A stretch of DNA of 64,000 nt from Octopus bimaculoides (Eukaryota): assembly GCF_001194135.2 (NCBI RefSeq), contig NC_068992.1:33192366-33256365 (forward strand), written 5' to 3'. The position numbers were made by a program, and so were the translations under genes. Within the stretch, counting starts at the first letter, position 1; each line of letters opens with the position of its first letter. Positions 1-12,343 of this stretch are shown here, piece after piece. The notes under the pieces are model-generated. The model was given only the letters and a program-made list of their open reading frames with translations, did not search any database and was not told where the DNA came from.

Positions 1-54
1 TAACATGCTTGAATGTTTGAATGATGTCAGGTTGGAAGTGAGAACAGGTGAAGC

Positions 55-600
55 ATGCCTGAAAAACGAACACAACAACATCCCTCTTCTTTTCAGGCAC
101 TGAATAACATCTCTCCTACCCAAGCCTCACTCCACATTCCTTTCCCAGTTTTCAGAGTTTCCACTGTCGATGTAGGCACACTGAAAGGTAGGTCTACTGA
201 AATTGTAGAGATGCTCGAAAGGAGACAGGTTGATGCATGCTGCATACAAGAGGTAAGATGGTGAGGAGCTTCAGCTAAGGTCCTCACAGACATGGCACAT
301 AGGTATAAAATATTCTGGCAAGGTAACATGGAAGGAGTGGGGGGTGTAGGCATACACCTTGAGGAGAAATGGGTGGATAAGGTCATAGAGGTTGTCAGGG
401 TATGCAATAGAATGCTTAAGCTCAGTTTAGTCCTTCAGAATAGCATAGCTACAATTATCTCTGTCAACGCCCCACAGACAGGACTACCAAACGATCAGAA
501 AGACCATTTTTACGATACCCTTCTACAGGCTACTTCAAAAACAAATGACAATGACCTCATCTTTGAGGCTAGAGATTTTAATGGGCATGTTAGGCGGAAA
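55..600 (+). mobile_element. RTE-clade LINE fragment, apurinic-like endonuclease domain (pseudogene)
   Basis: ORFs 55-264 and 292-657 are in the same frame, separated by one TGA (262-264). The joined read contains endonuclease motifs TVDVGTLKGRSTEIVEML, CCIQEVRW, GVGGVGI, IISVNAPQ and DFNGHV. Similarity ends near 600. Confidence 0.85.
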
Positions 601-931
601 TCATACAAACTAGCCTGCACAATTTGTTGCTGCTGTTTACCATTAGATCAACCCTGACTGAACAGACATATAATTAAAAGTGAACCAGCTAAAACTCTTT
701 CATCTTATTTGTTTAGGACTACTTTATATAATGTGTCATTCTATAGTTAAAAGAGTATGGTGTGATTTGATGGAGGTTTGGCTTCCATTTCTGATAGGAT
801 ATATAAGTTAGTTGCTTCTTAATTGACTAGCCATATATAAGTAATTTCTGCATATGCAACATACTATAACATACACAAAATGAATCATGTAGAATATATG
901 TATCATTACATTTAATATCATGTAATGTATT

Positions 932-1110
932 AAGGCAATGAGCTGGCAGAATCATTGTCTTTACATTCTGAGTTTAAATTCTGTTATGGCTGACTTTGCC
1001 TTTCAACTTTTCTGGATCAATAAAATAAGTACCAGTTAAGCACTGGAGTTGATGTAATCAACTTAACCCTTCCTCCAAACTTGATGGTCTTATGCCAAAA
1101 TTTGAAACCA
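932..1110 (+). mobile_element. SINE family B copy (GAGCTGGCAGAATC head)
   Basis: Shares head and core (gagctggcagaatc...ctgagttcaaatt...gactttgcctttca...aataagtaccagt) with copies at 11.5, 13.9-14.4, 15.8, 23.2 and 50.9 kb. Confidence 0.8.
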
Positions 1111-3009
1111 ATATCATGTTCTGTATACAACAAGTGTCAACCAATAATATATTGCATGCATAACATGTTTGATGATGCATAATATCATGTACTAAATGCA
1201 CACTTGATTTTGAAAGATTTCCAACATGGCTTAAAAATACATCCTTACAAGGTTAACTAAGTGATGAATGTTAAGCATCATTCTAAATGACTTAAAGTAT
1301 TGAACTTCATCCTTCTAGATTCCCATCTTAAATCCCAACCTGTAGAGAGAGACAGAGTATTTTGATCTAATTGATTTTTCCTGCTCAAAATATTTGCTGC
1401 AACTCAGCTCTCTAAAACTAAACATACAATAGTTTTAAACAAAATAATACAATGCATAATAGTTTTCCTTTTTTTGTTCAGTGATATATAAAAGTTAACT
1501 TTCATATTTAATAGATTTCTAAAATTGTCTTTTGATTTGCCAGTGCCAACAAGTTTTTTTCCTTTCTCAGATGTTATTATGCTTGAAATATTGCTTAAAA
1601 GTCAATATCATCAAAATGTATATTTCATCATTTTCTATGATTTTGAAGAAAAACTAAAAAGCAAAAACCATATGAGTCTATGTTCACAGTAAATGGCCAT
1701 TCTAGTTAATGATTCTTGACATGTACTTGACTTCTGAATAAATGGAGCATATTACCTTGGAAAGTTTTCATGAAGAACTGAAACTACATCAACAGAAAGC
1801 AGAATCCAAACAACGCAAGACTTAAAAAAGCAAGGGAAATTTGATTAGGAAACCAAAAGAATAAAAAAAAAAGAATTTTTGACAAGTGACAAATGTAGCT
1901 TAACAGACAATAGAGTATACTTGCAGAACCATGTCTTGTGAGAAATAAAAATATGTACCTTTGCTTGCATTCATCTTACTTCCAATCACGAACAGAGAAC
2001 AGGATTCAAAGAACTGTGTTTACTGTCATTTCTTATGATAGAGAGAGCAACTAATGGGTCTAGGGTGAGACACGAGAAGAAATACTTGTCTCTGCAGTAT
2101 AAAGAGATATAGATTTGAAATAGTCAATTTATGTCAAAGGATTTGAAATGTGTTGCTGTTTCATTTTATCCTTCTATTGACTACTTGTTTTCACTTTTAT
2201 AGAACTATAAAGTATTATTTTGTTAGTGTTTTGAAGTTCTTGCTTGTCATTTCAGCTTGATAGTGTTTTTGATGTTCTTTATTCCTTTCCTTTGATTTAT
2301 TTTGGTTTTGTTTGGCAGCTGTTTTCCTATAGAAGCATATACATTTGATAGTTAGCAAATATGGTCATTGGCTTCAATCTTGCAGCAGAGATTTTCTTTA
2401 TGGCTACATGCTATTATTTCTTTCTTTCATTCTTTTTTGGGAGGGAGAAGAGTTAATAATTGAAAATATATTGCTACAGTTTTAATTTTTATTTATTTTT
2501 ACTTTTAACTATGTAGTTTGATATAAGTGAAGGGCTTTATGCCTTAACTAAGGCAAAAATAGTATATATTGCTTGAAATAGGTTTGAATCTAAAAACTTG
2601 CAATTAATTAACTCAGACAGTATGACGTATGCAAACTCTTTATGGAAGTAGTTTGTGCATATATTGTTCAGTAACAACAGGCAACCAATGGAAATACATT
2701 AATTATCAACTATGCATAGAGACTTGTGATGAAGCTTCTACATATTTACTTGGTTTAATCGTTATATTTTCTTACTGAGTCTGAAGTTCTGAAGAATAGA
2801 GGCCATGACTGGAGTAGCCCAAGAGAAAAGACAAAGAGTGAAGAAATCATATTTGTGAACCAGAGTTTGGAGAATGTTGGTAAACGATTCCTTTTCAATT
2901 ACACTTAAATTTTAAATAAGCATAACCAGAATAGTCACTGAATGTGAATAGTTATTATATTTAAAGATTAGTGAGGTTTTACTACTCTTTAAGCCCCATA
3001 AAAGCACAT

Positions 3010-3027
3010 GAATCATCTATCTATCTA

Positions 3028-3078
<51 letters not shown>

Positions 3079-3165
3079 GCCTGCATCTCCATGTATGTAT
3101 GTATGTATATACATACATACATACATACATACATACACACATACCTGTCTATCTGTCTGTCTATC
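3010..3165. repeat. Compound tetranucleotide microsatellite (CTAT/CTGT/GTAT/CATA)
   Basis: Directly visible; explains the ORFs at 2971 and 3008. Confidence 0.95.
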
Positions 3166-3877
3166 TATACATTATGTGGGAGTGTTCTATTTGTATAAGT
3201 GTGTGTATATATGGTAGATAGAAATTTATGAAGTTAGGTAGTACAATTCCAGTTTTATCTGAGTGAAATATCTAATCACTGAAAGTAGGCAAAGACTCAG
3301 CAGGTAATCTGCATTATTAATTCATGTCCATCTGAATTAAACAAACAGGAAACATGGCCCTCAAATATACCACACTAAGGAAATGTAGAATATTTTCCAA
3401 AAGTTACCTGATGAGACTTCTAGATGTTTCAGTAACTATTTGCTGTGTCAACTTGTGTTGAACCAAAATTAGTTGCACATTTAGTAAATCTACATTTAGC
3501 AGTTGTTGTTATCATGAGTTATCAACGATGGACAAGGAACAAAGAAGTTACTTTTTTGTGTCAAAGAGAAATGATCTGTCTTGGGAAACTAGTGAAAGAA
3601 ACATTCACAGAGATCCTTGATTGATTGAGGATGTCCTCCTTATGTTGAAGATCAAAGTAGGAGACAATCATCTCTTCAAGATTGCCAGGTAAGAAGATAT
3701 ATTGGAATTATTTCAAGAAATTCTTAATTGAAATCAAATTCTTTCTACACAATGAACTACAATGAAAATCTTTGATCTAAAAAACACACTACATTCTCCT
3801 TACGGACATCTATAAATTTTTATTAATACCTTTACAAAATGCTTTCTATTGTGAAAATATAAGTATTAGCCACAGGC

Positions 3878-4594
3878 AATACCAAAAGGTAATATTTATC
3901 CCTACTTAAAAGTGGATGTTAGAACACAGGATACTGTGATAATAACCATGAGAAAACTTCTCATACTAGCTTTAGTTGCATATATGCACTCATATTTACA
4001 TTACTAGCAGGAATATAAATCATCCATCATTGCCACTGCCGAACTATCAGATCACGTGATTTTGGCCTTTACTGGTCTCATCAATGGTAAGTGTTCAGAC
4101 ATTGGAGGTAGCAGCAATATCTCTGCTAGCAATATACATGGACTCTTAAATAGGCACTGGTGTTGTGAATAGTCATCTATCACTAATAACCATGGTTATT
4201 AGTGATAGATGCAGTATTAATACCAAAAGGGAATATTTATCCCCACTTTTGGTCATTAATAGTTATTTTTTAATAAGTCCACTGGCTCTTCATGATACTA
4301 TTGCCTATTTCAGCACTGAGGTTCTACTTATATACCTAGCAGAGATATAGCTGTTATCCCCAATATCTGTTCATCTACCATTGACAAGACCAGAGAAGCC
4401 TGAATTCATATGATCTAGTAGACTTGGCAGTGATGATGGTGAGTGGTTTATCTCCCTGCTAATGATATAAACAAGTGCTTATATGCAACAAAAGCCAATT
4501 TGAAAGTTTCTGTCATGGCACCTATCACAGTATCCTGTGCTCTAATACAACATCCACTTTTAAGTGGGAATAAGTATTACCTTTACTTTGTATT
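3878..4594. mobile_element. Foldback/MITE-like element with ~280-bp inverted arms
   Basis: The left arm (aataccaaaaggtaatatttatccctacttaaaagtggatgtt...cacaggatactgtgat) is the reverse complement of the right arm (atcacagtatcctgtg...aacatccacttttaagtgggaataagtattaccttt...gtatt). No coding capacity is apparent. Confidence 0.8.
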
Positions 4595-5480
4595 ATAAAT
4601 AATGCAGTTAATAGACCCTTAAGTACATTGTCTAAAGAGATTCAAACAAAACTAACTTCTATCTATAAATATGAAACTACCAATTGATTTTGCTCATCCA
4701 TACAGTCTTCACTCCACACTCCAGCCTGCTATGCCAAAATTCTATGAACTATCTTCTAAGAGAATCCTACCTCTCAAAGGCTTTGTTTTATAAGACAACC
4801 CTCACACTATCCATTGGTATTACAAGACAACATGAGCATGACAACCAATGACTTTAAAGAAGATTCATGCAGCACATGTACTCCTTCGGGTGTAAAGATG
4901 AAAAAAAAACTCTAACTCCCTGTCATAGAACCAACTTCTCTAACATCATATGGAACATTCTTTACAGAGGCTCCTCCTTACTCACTTGGAGTTTTTAATT
5001 GCTAACTGCTTTCAAGACAAACTGAACATACCCCAGCAACCTGAAATATTGACGAGTAGGAAAACCAACCTATCCCACTGTTGTCACCCAAGATTTTCAC
5101 TGTTAATGAACTTCAAATCATTGGCTACTGATAACTCAGAAAAACAATCCTATACCTAGCTGGCTCATCCCCAATGAAAGTGGACATAATCTCTGCTGCT
5201 CAAAGAGATTGTGGTCTACTACTATCTTGCTTGTCACAATGATTGACATGCAATTTGCTATCACTAAAGTCATTAACACTCCACTCAGTATTATATTCTA
5301 ACAGAATGCAGACCAGTGGGTGTTAACATCCCATCTGCTTTGTCATGTGGAGCATGAAATCAAAGAACTGATGTTGCTGAAATAACTTATCCTACAGATT
5401 GCTAACTAGCAGATGCCAACTTCCTGTTTATTCTACCATGTGAGCCATGCAATGAAAGAACTATGACGCTAAGATAAATA

Positions 5481-6786
5481 TCAGGTCATCTCATAGGTTC
5501 TCTCTGATCTTACCTTTTTTTTTTAAATTGAATGAAATTTAATAGTATTTTAGAATGTCTAATTGAATTTAAACTAATTAAATATTATTTTACAGAATAA
5601 TAGAATAAAAATTTCTTTGATTAAAACCCTTTCTAACATGGAAGCATCCGAAGATCATTTAAGGCACATAATGCTTTATGACTACAAAAAGGGAAGCTCT
5701 GCAGCCGAAGTGGCTCAAAACATACACTCAGTTTATGGGAAAGAATGTTTGAATGAAAGAACTTGCAGAAGATGGTTTGCAAAATTCAGAAGTGGAGATT
5801 TCAGCCTTGAAGATNNNNNNNNNNGGTTTGCAAAATTCAGAAGTGGAGATTTCAGCCTTGAAGATGAAGATCAAACAGGACATCCAGTTGAGCTTGATGA
5901 TAAGCTCCTTGAGGCATTACTTGAAAAAAATCCTGTGTTATCAGTCGAAGAATTGGCAATAAAGCTTACTTCAAACCATACAACTGTTCATCTTCATCTT
6001 CAACAACTTAGAAAGGTTCCTAAACTTGGAAAATGGATGCCTCATGAATTATCCAAAAGCAACCATAAATCCTGAGTAGATATCTGCTCTTCTCTCCATT
6101 CTCGTGAACTCATTTCACCCTTTTTTGATAGACTTGTGACGAAATATGGATCTTCTATCGAAACGTTAAATGTCGTAAACAGTTGCTTGGTAAAAGAGAA
6201 AAAGCTCAACCACAACCGAGAAGGGAACTTCATGGAAAAAAAAATTCTTTTCTCTATCTGGTGGGATTGCAAAGGAGTAATTCACTTTGAATTGTTACCA
6301 TCTAATGCAACAATCAATGATCAAGTCTACTGTCAGCAATTAGAGTGTTTCAACCAAGTTTTGAAGAAAAAAAGGCCCGCTTTAGTGAATCGAAAAGGAG
6401 TGATGTTTCATCAGGACAGTGCGCAACCCCACACTGCAAAGATCATGTTACCGAAGATCAAAGATCCTGGTTGGGAAAAAATTCATCATCCACCTTATTC
6501 TCCCGACCTTGCTCCTTCAGACTACCATTTGTTTCATAGTTTACAGAATCATTTGGAGAACATAACTTTCGCAAGCCAGGAGGAGGTTGAAACTGACATT
6601 TCATAGTTCTTTGCTTTGAAACCAAAAGAGTTTTACATTGATGGGATTAAAAAGCTTATAAATAGATGGAAGGAAGTCATAGATAATCAGGGGAAGTACA
6701 TTGGTGATTAAATTTCAATTAAATATAACATTTGATCATTTGCTTTCTTTATTCAAAATTCGGACAGAACTTATGGGATGACCTGA
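5481..6786 (+). mobile_element. Near full-length mariner transposon with inactivated transposase (ATG 5638 to TAA 6711)
   Basis: TIRs TCAGGTCATCTCATAGGTTCTCTCTGA and reverse complement TCAGGTCATCCCATAAGTTCTGTCCGA, with TA on both sides. Motifs HLRHIMLYDYKKG, RRWFAKFRSGDF, WMPHEL, FHQDSAQPHTA and HPPYSPDLAPSDYHLF are present. There is a frameshift and deletion at the first catalytic Asp and a stop at 6604. Confidence 0.95.
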
Positions 6787-6794
6787 TAAAACAG

Positions 6795-7230
6795 CTTTCA
6801 CTTTCAGTGATTGGACTGCAGCCATGGTGGAGCACTACTCTGAAGGATTTTAATTAATCAAATCAATCTCAGTACTTACTTTCATTAAAGTCTGGTATTT
6901 ATTCAAATGACCTCTTTTGCCAAAATGTTACATTGTGGGGTCATAAACAAGCCAACTCTGATTGTCAAGCAATGGGGTGGGTTTACAAACACATAGACAA
7001 ACATGCATATATATATATGTATGTATGTATATATGTATGTATGTCTGCATACACATGCACGTGCGCACACACACACACACACTTTTCATCTACCAAATCC
7101 ATTCACAAGGCTTTGGTCAACCTAAGACAATAACAGAAGGCACTTGCTCTAAGTGCCATGCAATGGATCTGAACCTAAATGTCATGTGCATAGGAAGTAG
7201 ACTTATTAACACACAGCCATTCCTGCACCT
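6795..7230 (-). mobile_element. SINE family A copy with internal microsatellite
   Basis: Reverse complement of the AGGTGCAGGAGTGGCTGTGTGG...CCAAAGCCTTGTGAGTGGATTTGGTAG family seen at 40.9, 49.5 and 56.4 kb. Confidence 0.85.
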
Positions 7231-7389
7231 GCAAGCTTCTTACCACAGGGCTGAAATACTCTCATCTTGAAGTCATGGGGCAGATGCGAGTACAGTGAAG
7301 TAAAAATCTTTTAATGGCCAGATGCTCTTCCTGTTGCCTAAACCCCTTTTGTTTCCAAGTGAGCTAATATTCTCCCAGTGCACCAATCA

Positions 7390-9380
7390 ACAAACCATGC
7401 ATTGACAAGATACCGAATGCATTTTTGCCAAAGGACAAGAAGCTGGATTGACACAGTGCTGAATGGACAAAACGGAACAGACACCATAATGAAAACAAAA
7501 CATTCCTCCCTACATAGTTTAATGACCAATTCACCAATTTGGCATTTAAGATTTAACGAAATTAAAAATAGTTAAAAATGATAAAAATCATTCCTACCTA
7601 GTTTAATGACAATTCACCAATTTGTCACCTAAGATTTAACAAGATTAAAAATAGTTAAAAATAATTTTAAAAACATACCTACCTACATAGCTTAATGATC
7701 AATTCACCAATTGACACTTAAGATTTAAGGAAATTATAAATGGTTCACTATTTAATTGCATATTTTTTTAAGTAAATCGTTTTGTGACCACAGTTTGACC
7801 ATAGAATTCACTAAAACAACATGTTGTGGCAGAAAGCCATACATTGTTGATAAAAAAAAGTTAAGGAAACCACTTACTGGAGATGTGAAGAACAAAAAGT
7901 GTGCAATGCTAAAATTAGAACTAGAAGTGATACCGAACATGGAAATGCTTTAAATCATTCACATCCTACAGATGGTGCTCATATTAATGTTTTAAAAGCA
8001 TTAGATAAAATAAAGACTAGAGTCAAACAGACAGAGGAGGTGACATCATTATCATCATCATCATTTAACGTCTGTGACAAGCAGTGTAATTAATAATGTT
8101 ATGGAAGAGCTGCCTCTCAGCATTGCTGGTTCTCTGCCTAAAAGAAAAATGCTTGGAAGAATGGTAAGGTGAGCAAGAAAGATTGATGATAATGAAGACT
8201 TGGAAATAGCAACACATGGAGAAAAGTTTTGGATTTATGAAACTACTGCTGTTTCTATTTTATCGACAGAAAAATATTTAGAATTATTACCTAGTAAAAA
8301 AACATGGTTTGGCAATGGCACATTTGATTCAGATCCCCAAGTAACAAATAAGAGAAAATGTAAGGCAAAATTTTTACATTTTTGAAAAGCAAAGATGTTC
8401 GAGATCCACATTCAATAACAATTGGCTTCAAACGAGCAACAATAAATAAAACTTTACTAATACATCTATATTGTGTGGTTTCTTTCATTTTGGGCAATGT
8501 TTATGGTGCAATATCCAGTTCTGTGGATTACAACACAGGTATGTTGAAACCAGTAATGCCCTTTTCATCAAGCAGTTGCAAGCACTTGTCTTTGTCCCAC
8601 CCACAGATATACATGAATTATTTTACAAACTAGTGAATTCCTTAGATGCCAAAACTAATGAGTTATTAAGTGATTATCTTGTTTACTTTGAAATTATATG
8701 GTTAGGAATAGTCCAGAGAGGGAGTTGGAGGAAATCAATTTTTGATGTTGATTTGTGGTCTGTCTACACTTGAGTTCATAATTTTCCAAGAACAAACAAT
8801 TCTCTTGAAGGCTTGACACCAGGCTTTTAAAAAAAGGCTTTACACAACTCATCCCGCAGTCACCAAACTACTAAAGGTTATTAGAAATGAGCAGGCATCC
8901 AATGAAATTCTAATTGAGCAGGCTACTATAGGGATAGACATATCATGACCTGGAAAAAATATACCATTAACGATAGGATAAAAACCATTTGTGGTTCTTA
9001 TGATAAAGAAGAAGTATTGGCATTTCTACGATCTTTGGCTCACAATTTTTAAACACTCCTATTTATGTTTTATACATTTTAATATGTCAACTGTAATAAT
9101 TTTAAAATAGACATCTGATCACATTATTTTTGTATGTTTACATAGTAAATCAAGTAAAGAAACCTATTTAAAAAGAGGTTTTATATATTAGTTTTTCAAC
9201 ATTTTAGTCTGTCAAATGGTCATATTGTAGGAATAAAATTATCATATATTTTAATTTTCATATGCCTTTTCAGTCTCTTTCTATTCGGTTTTATATCCAT
9301 TTGGCATTGTGTTCATGGCTCCATTTCATTGTGAAAATGTTCATAGTGTGCTTTGTTTTTCTTGGCTATGGTTAGTTATA
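7390..9380 (+). mobile_element. Mutator-like (MULE) DNA transposon remnant with FLYWCH zinc finger (coding ~7800-9052)
   Basis: Frameshifted pieces: TTYWRCEEQKVCNAKIRT...NHSHP (FLYWCH), WFGNGTFD, CGFFHFGQCLW, ALVFVPP, YFEIIWLG, LWSVY and FPRTNNSLEG (MULE transposase). Degenerate inverted ends at ~7390-7495 and ~9280-9380. Confidence 0.85.
7501..7748 (+). repeat. Three tandem copies of an ~85-88-bp unit in the MULE 5' subterminal region
   Basis: The unit catagtttaatgaccaattcaccaattt...taagatttaac...attaaaaatagttaaaaat starts near 7501, 7589 and 7674. Confidence 0.9.
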
Positions 9381-10004
9381 ATATGCAACACAACGTTCTA
9401 AAAATCAAGCAATGCCTGTGTCTGATGTTTGTTTCAGTGTGGGAAGACCTTACTCAGGGTTAATTCCACTCTCTAAACAATGTGCACACTTAACCACAAA
9501 GAAAAGTGTTCTTCATAATTGAATGCAAACAAAGTCACAAGTGCTACGTAAAAGTTTTCCTTCTAGAGTGATGCCTAAACAAAGACTAGGGGTGGGGGGA
9601 CACTCATTACTAGCTGTTGGATGGCCATTGACGCTACTGAATGCATCTGTCCTTTGACAGGACTTGCGTTTTGTCTGGCAGTATGTCCAGCAAAAACCAT
9701 CTGCTTTACAAATCACCTTTGGTAAGGTTGTTGGTTTGATTACTGTCAACCAGCAAGGTGACAAAGTTGTATGGAGTAACATTTGAAATTTAATCATCAT
9801 GATTAGTAATAACATTTTCCTCTTTGAAACTAGTGTTCTGATTTCTGTGGCAAAAAATTAGGTTAGAAACGCTACCGTAGCTAGGTGGGGCGTAGTAGGG
9901 ATGGTCCACTCTGGTTGGCACTTTTGGGTCTGTTGTAGGCAATATGTGTTTTCTTGGGGTCTGGGGGATTGCCCCAGGCAACACACACTCAAGCTATGCT
10001 AGAT

Positions 10005-11040
10005 TTAGAAGAGAAGAAGAATATGGAACATTGTTTTTAATATCATCCCCATTTCTGAATGTTTTTCCACTGGTTAAGTGAGTGTGAAAGTGAAAATTTG
10101 ATATCTTTGAGTCTGGTGAGTTGGGACAGTAAGGTAGTGCTTCCCAGCCTAATGAATTTATTTTTGTCTTGGTTTATCTTTGCTGAATGTGGCCTTGCAT
10201 TATCATGTTGCAGGATTACTCTCAATTCATTGACTAGAGCTGGTTGGTTTTTGAGCAAAAACTTGATTAGCACATTCATATTGTTCACAATAAATTTCAG
10301 TGTTGATGCTATGTCTTCCACCAAATGCACAGCAAACTTTTTTTCGTGTGTGTAGATCTGGTTTGGGTGTTGGAACTAGATTTTCATTTGGCAATGGCCA
10401 CTGCTTCTTACATTTTATACTATCCATTTCTCATTACTTATTACAATTCAGTTCAGAAAAGGTGCTTATTCATTCCTGATTATCAAATTGTTGAACGTAC
10501 TACTTTATTCTTGGAGACAGCTAATAAGGTATCCACTTCCCCTCTCTTTACACTTTCCTAATTTGAATGAGATGATCTTGCACAGTGGACTGAGGCTTAT
10601 CAAGCATCCTAGATAGGATCTCACTACATTGATATAGATTCCTTTCTATTACTGTTTCCACTGCATCATTGTTGAGAATAGCTGATCTTCCTGATTGACA
10701 TTCATTCAAAATCACTGCTTTTGGATTGGTTACACCACCTTTGGCATTTCCAACATTCTCACCTTCAGAATATATAACACATAGGCTTTCTTTACACATT
10801 TTGTAGTTTTGCTCTTACAAAATTTGTAAAGCATGTAAATGCTGCATATACAGCTCACTAAAGTCCTTTTCTGTCATGAGTTTTCATTGCATATACTCAC
10901 AAGATGTGTGGCCTTGTTAATGTTTGGTCAATAATTCTTATTGGTTGATTGCAAAGACCATCTTACTGGCTAAACTTTTTGTGGCATGACCTCTGACTAT
11001 TTGCTTGAAAATATAACCTTACTGTATAGTAACCCTAATA
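10005..11040 (-). mobile_element. Degenerate mariner transposon
   Basis: Minus-strand ILQHDNARPHSAKI, NECQSGRS..LNNDAVETVIE and STVQDHLIQI, plus a C-terminal DDIKNN-like segment. A possible 5' TIR (tattagggt) lies near 11040. Confidence 0.8.
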
Positions 11041-11054
11041 TATATATATATATA

Positions 11055-11374
11055 NNNNNNNNNNNNNNNNNNNNNNNNNNNNNNNNNNNNNNNNNNNNNN
11101 NNNNNNNNNNNNNNNNNNNNNNNNNNNNNNNNNNNNNNNNNNNNNNNNNNNNNNNNNNNNNNNNNNNNNNNNNNNNNNNNNNNNNNNNNNNNNNNNNNNN
11201 NNNNNNNNNNNNNNNNNNNNNNNNNNNNNNNNNNNNNNNNNNNNNNNNNNNNNNNNNNNNNNNNNNNNNNNNNNNNNNNNNNNNNNNNNNNNNNNNNNNN
11301 NNNNNNNNNNNNNNNNNNNNNNNNNNNNNNNNNNNNNNNNNNNNNNNNNNNNNNNNNNNNNNNNNNNNNNNNNN
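11055..11374. other. Assembly gap (others: 5815-5824, 12579-12834, 36605-37518, 41217-41374, 49254-49500, 63187-63328)
   Basis: Runs of N, most flanked by (TA)n or (CA)n. Confidence 1.
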
Positions 11375-11502
11375 AAGTCACACCCTGTATATACATATAT
11401 GTGTGTGTTCCTATGAGAATGATTTTATAGAAAAAAACTAATATCTTTTCTACTACAAGAACAAAGCATTAAATAAGGAGGAGGAGGAGGAGGAGGAGGA
11501 GA

Positions 11503-11655
11503 TAGCCAATTACATTGACTCTTACGTCTAATTGGTACTTATTATATTAACCCTGAAATTTACTTTGGCAGAACTTGAACTCAGGATAGAAAGATAGTTG
11601 AAATGCTGTTAAACATTTTGTCTAGTGTGCTTATGATTCTGTCAGCTCACTACCT
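11503..11655 (-). mobile_element. SINE family B copy, degenerate, next to a (GAG)n tract
   Basis: Reverse complement of the family B core (ttggtactta...ggcagaacttgaactcag...gattctgtcagctc). Confidence 0.7.
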
Positions 11656-12302
11656 CAGAAACGCCTAATATCGACAGCAGTATATTACCTGAGGCAAGAA
11701 AGAAAATCCTATCTGGTTGCCCCCACTTTCAGAAGTAACAAACGTATTTCCAACAAATGACAATTACTTTTTTAAAAATAAAAATATTCATCTGATTATG
11801 TCATCCATGTTATTTACTGTCTGAAAACAGAACAGATGGTCACAAATGGAATATCCTTGATCATAAATCTGGTAAACAACATGACATTGATAGTAACAAC
11901 ATTACATTACTATATTACTTTTAGCAGTAGTATGCCTGAAGCGTTACACAGTGGATGTATTGCAGTGGTTGTCCTTAATATTTTATGCTCAATGGTACAC
12001 ATTCTTGAACCTGTCTATGAAAATTTTTAGCTTGTAAAACATTGAATGACAACAATTCCATAAGGGGAAACTGACATAACACACCACAAAACACATGAAT
12101 TAATTCTCTGTAAGGAGGTTTATTTGTCCTTATTCTAAATGAAGGAAAACAAAATCCAATGAGTTGCATGATGTAACAATCATAATTTCAAGTTTATTCG
12201 ATTTCATTTAGCTTATAGAACTACATCATATTTGACAGAACCAAAACTACATGTTCCCTTTAGAGAGAAGAAATATTTCAGAGAAAAATCATATTATATC
12301 TA

Positions 12303-12343
<41 letters not shown>

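Noticed and set aside
1560-2100. Coding-like stretch (MEHITLESFHEELKLHQQKAESKQRKT; Cys-rich piece later)
   Set aside because: Multiple stops and no recognisable domain; a piggyBac-like Cys motif was too weak to call.
3503-3688. Segment bounded by an acceptor and a strong CAG|GTAAGA donor
   Set aside because: No through-going open frame was found and there is no supporting evidence; at most a non-coding exon.
5774-5865. 41-bp tandem duplication inside the mariner transposase
   Set aside because: The two copies are identical and flank a 10-N gap, so this is an unmerged contig overlap rather than biology.
7501-7748. CRISPR-like periodic array (also 62705-62995)
   Set aside because: Whole units are homologous with no unique spacers, there are no cas genes, and the context is eukaryotic TE.
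9871-10003. Possible small hAT-type MITE (cgtagctagg..gggc / gctatgctag ends)
   Set aside because: The inverted match is short and imperfect, and no TSD was found.
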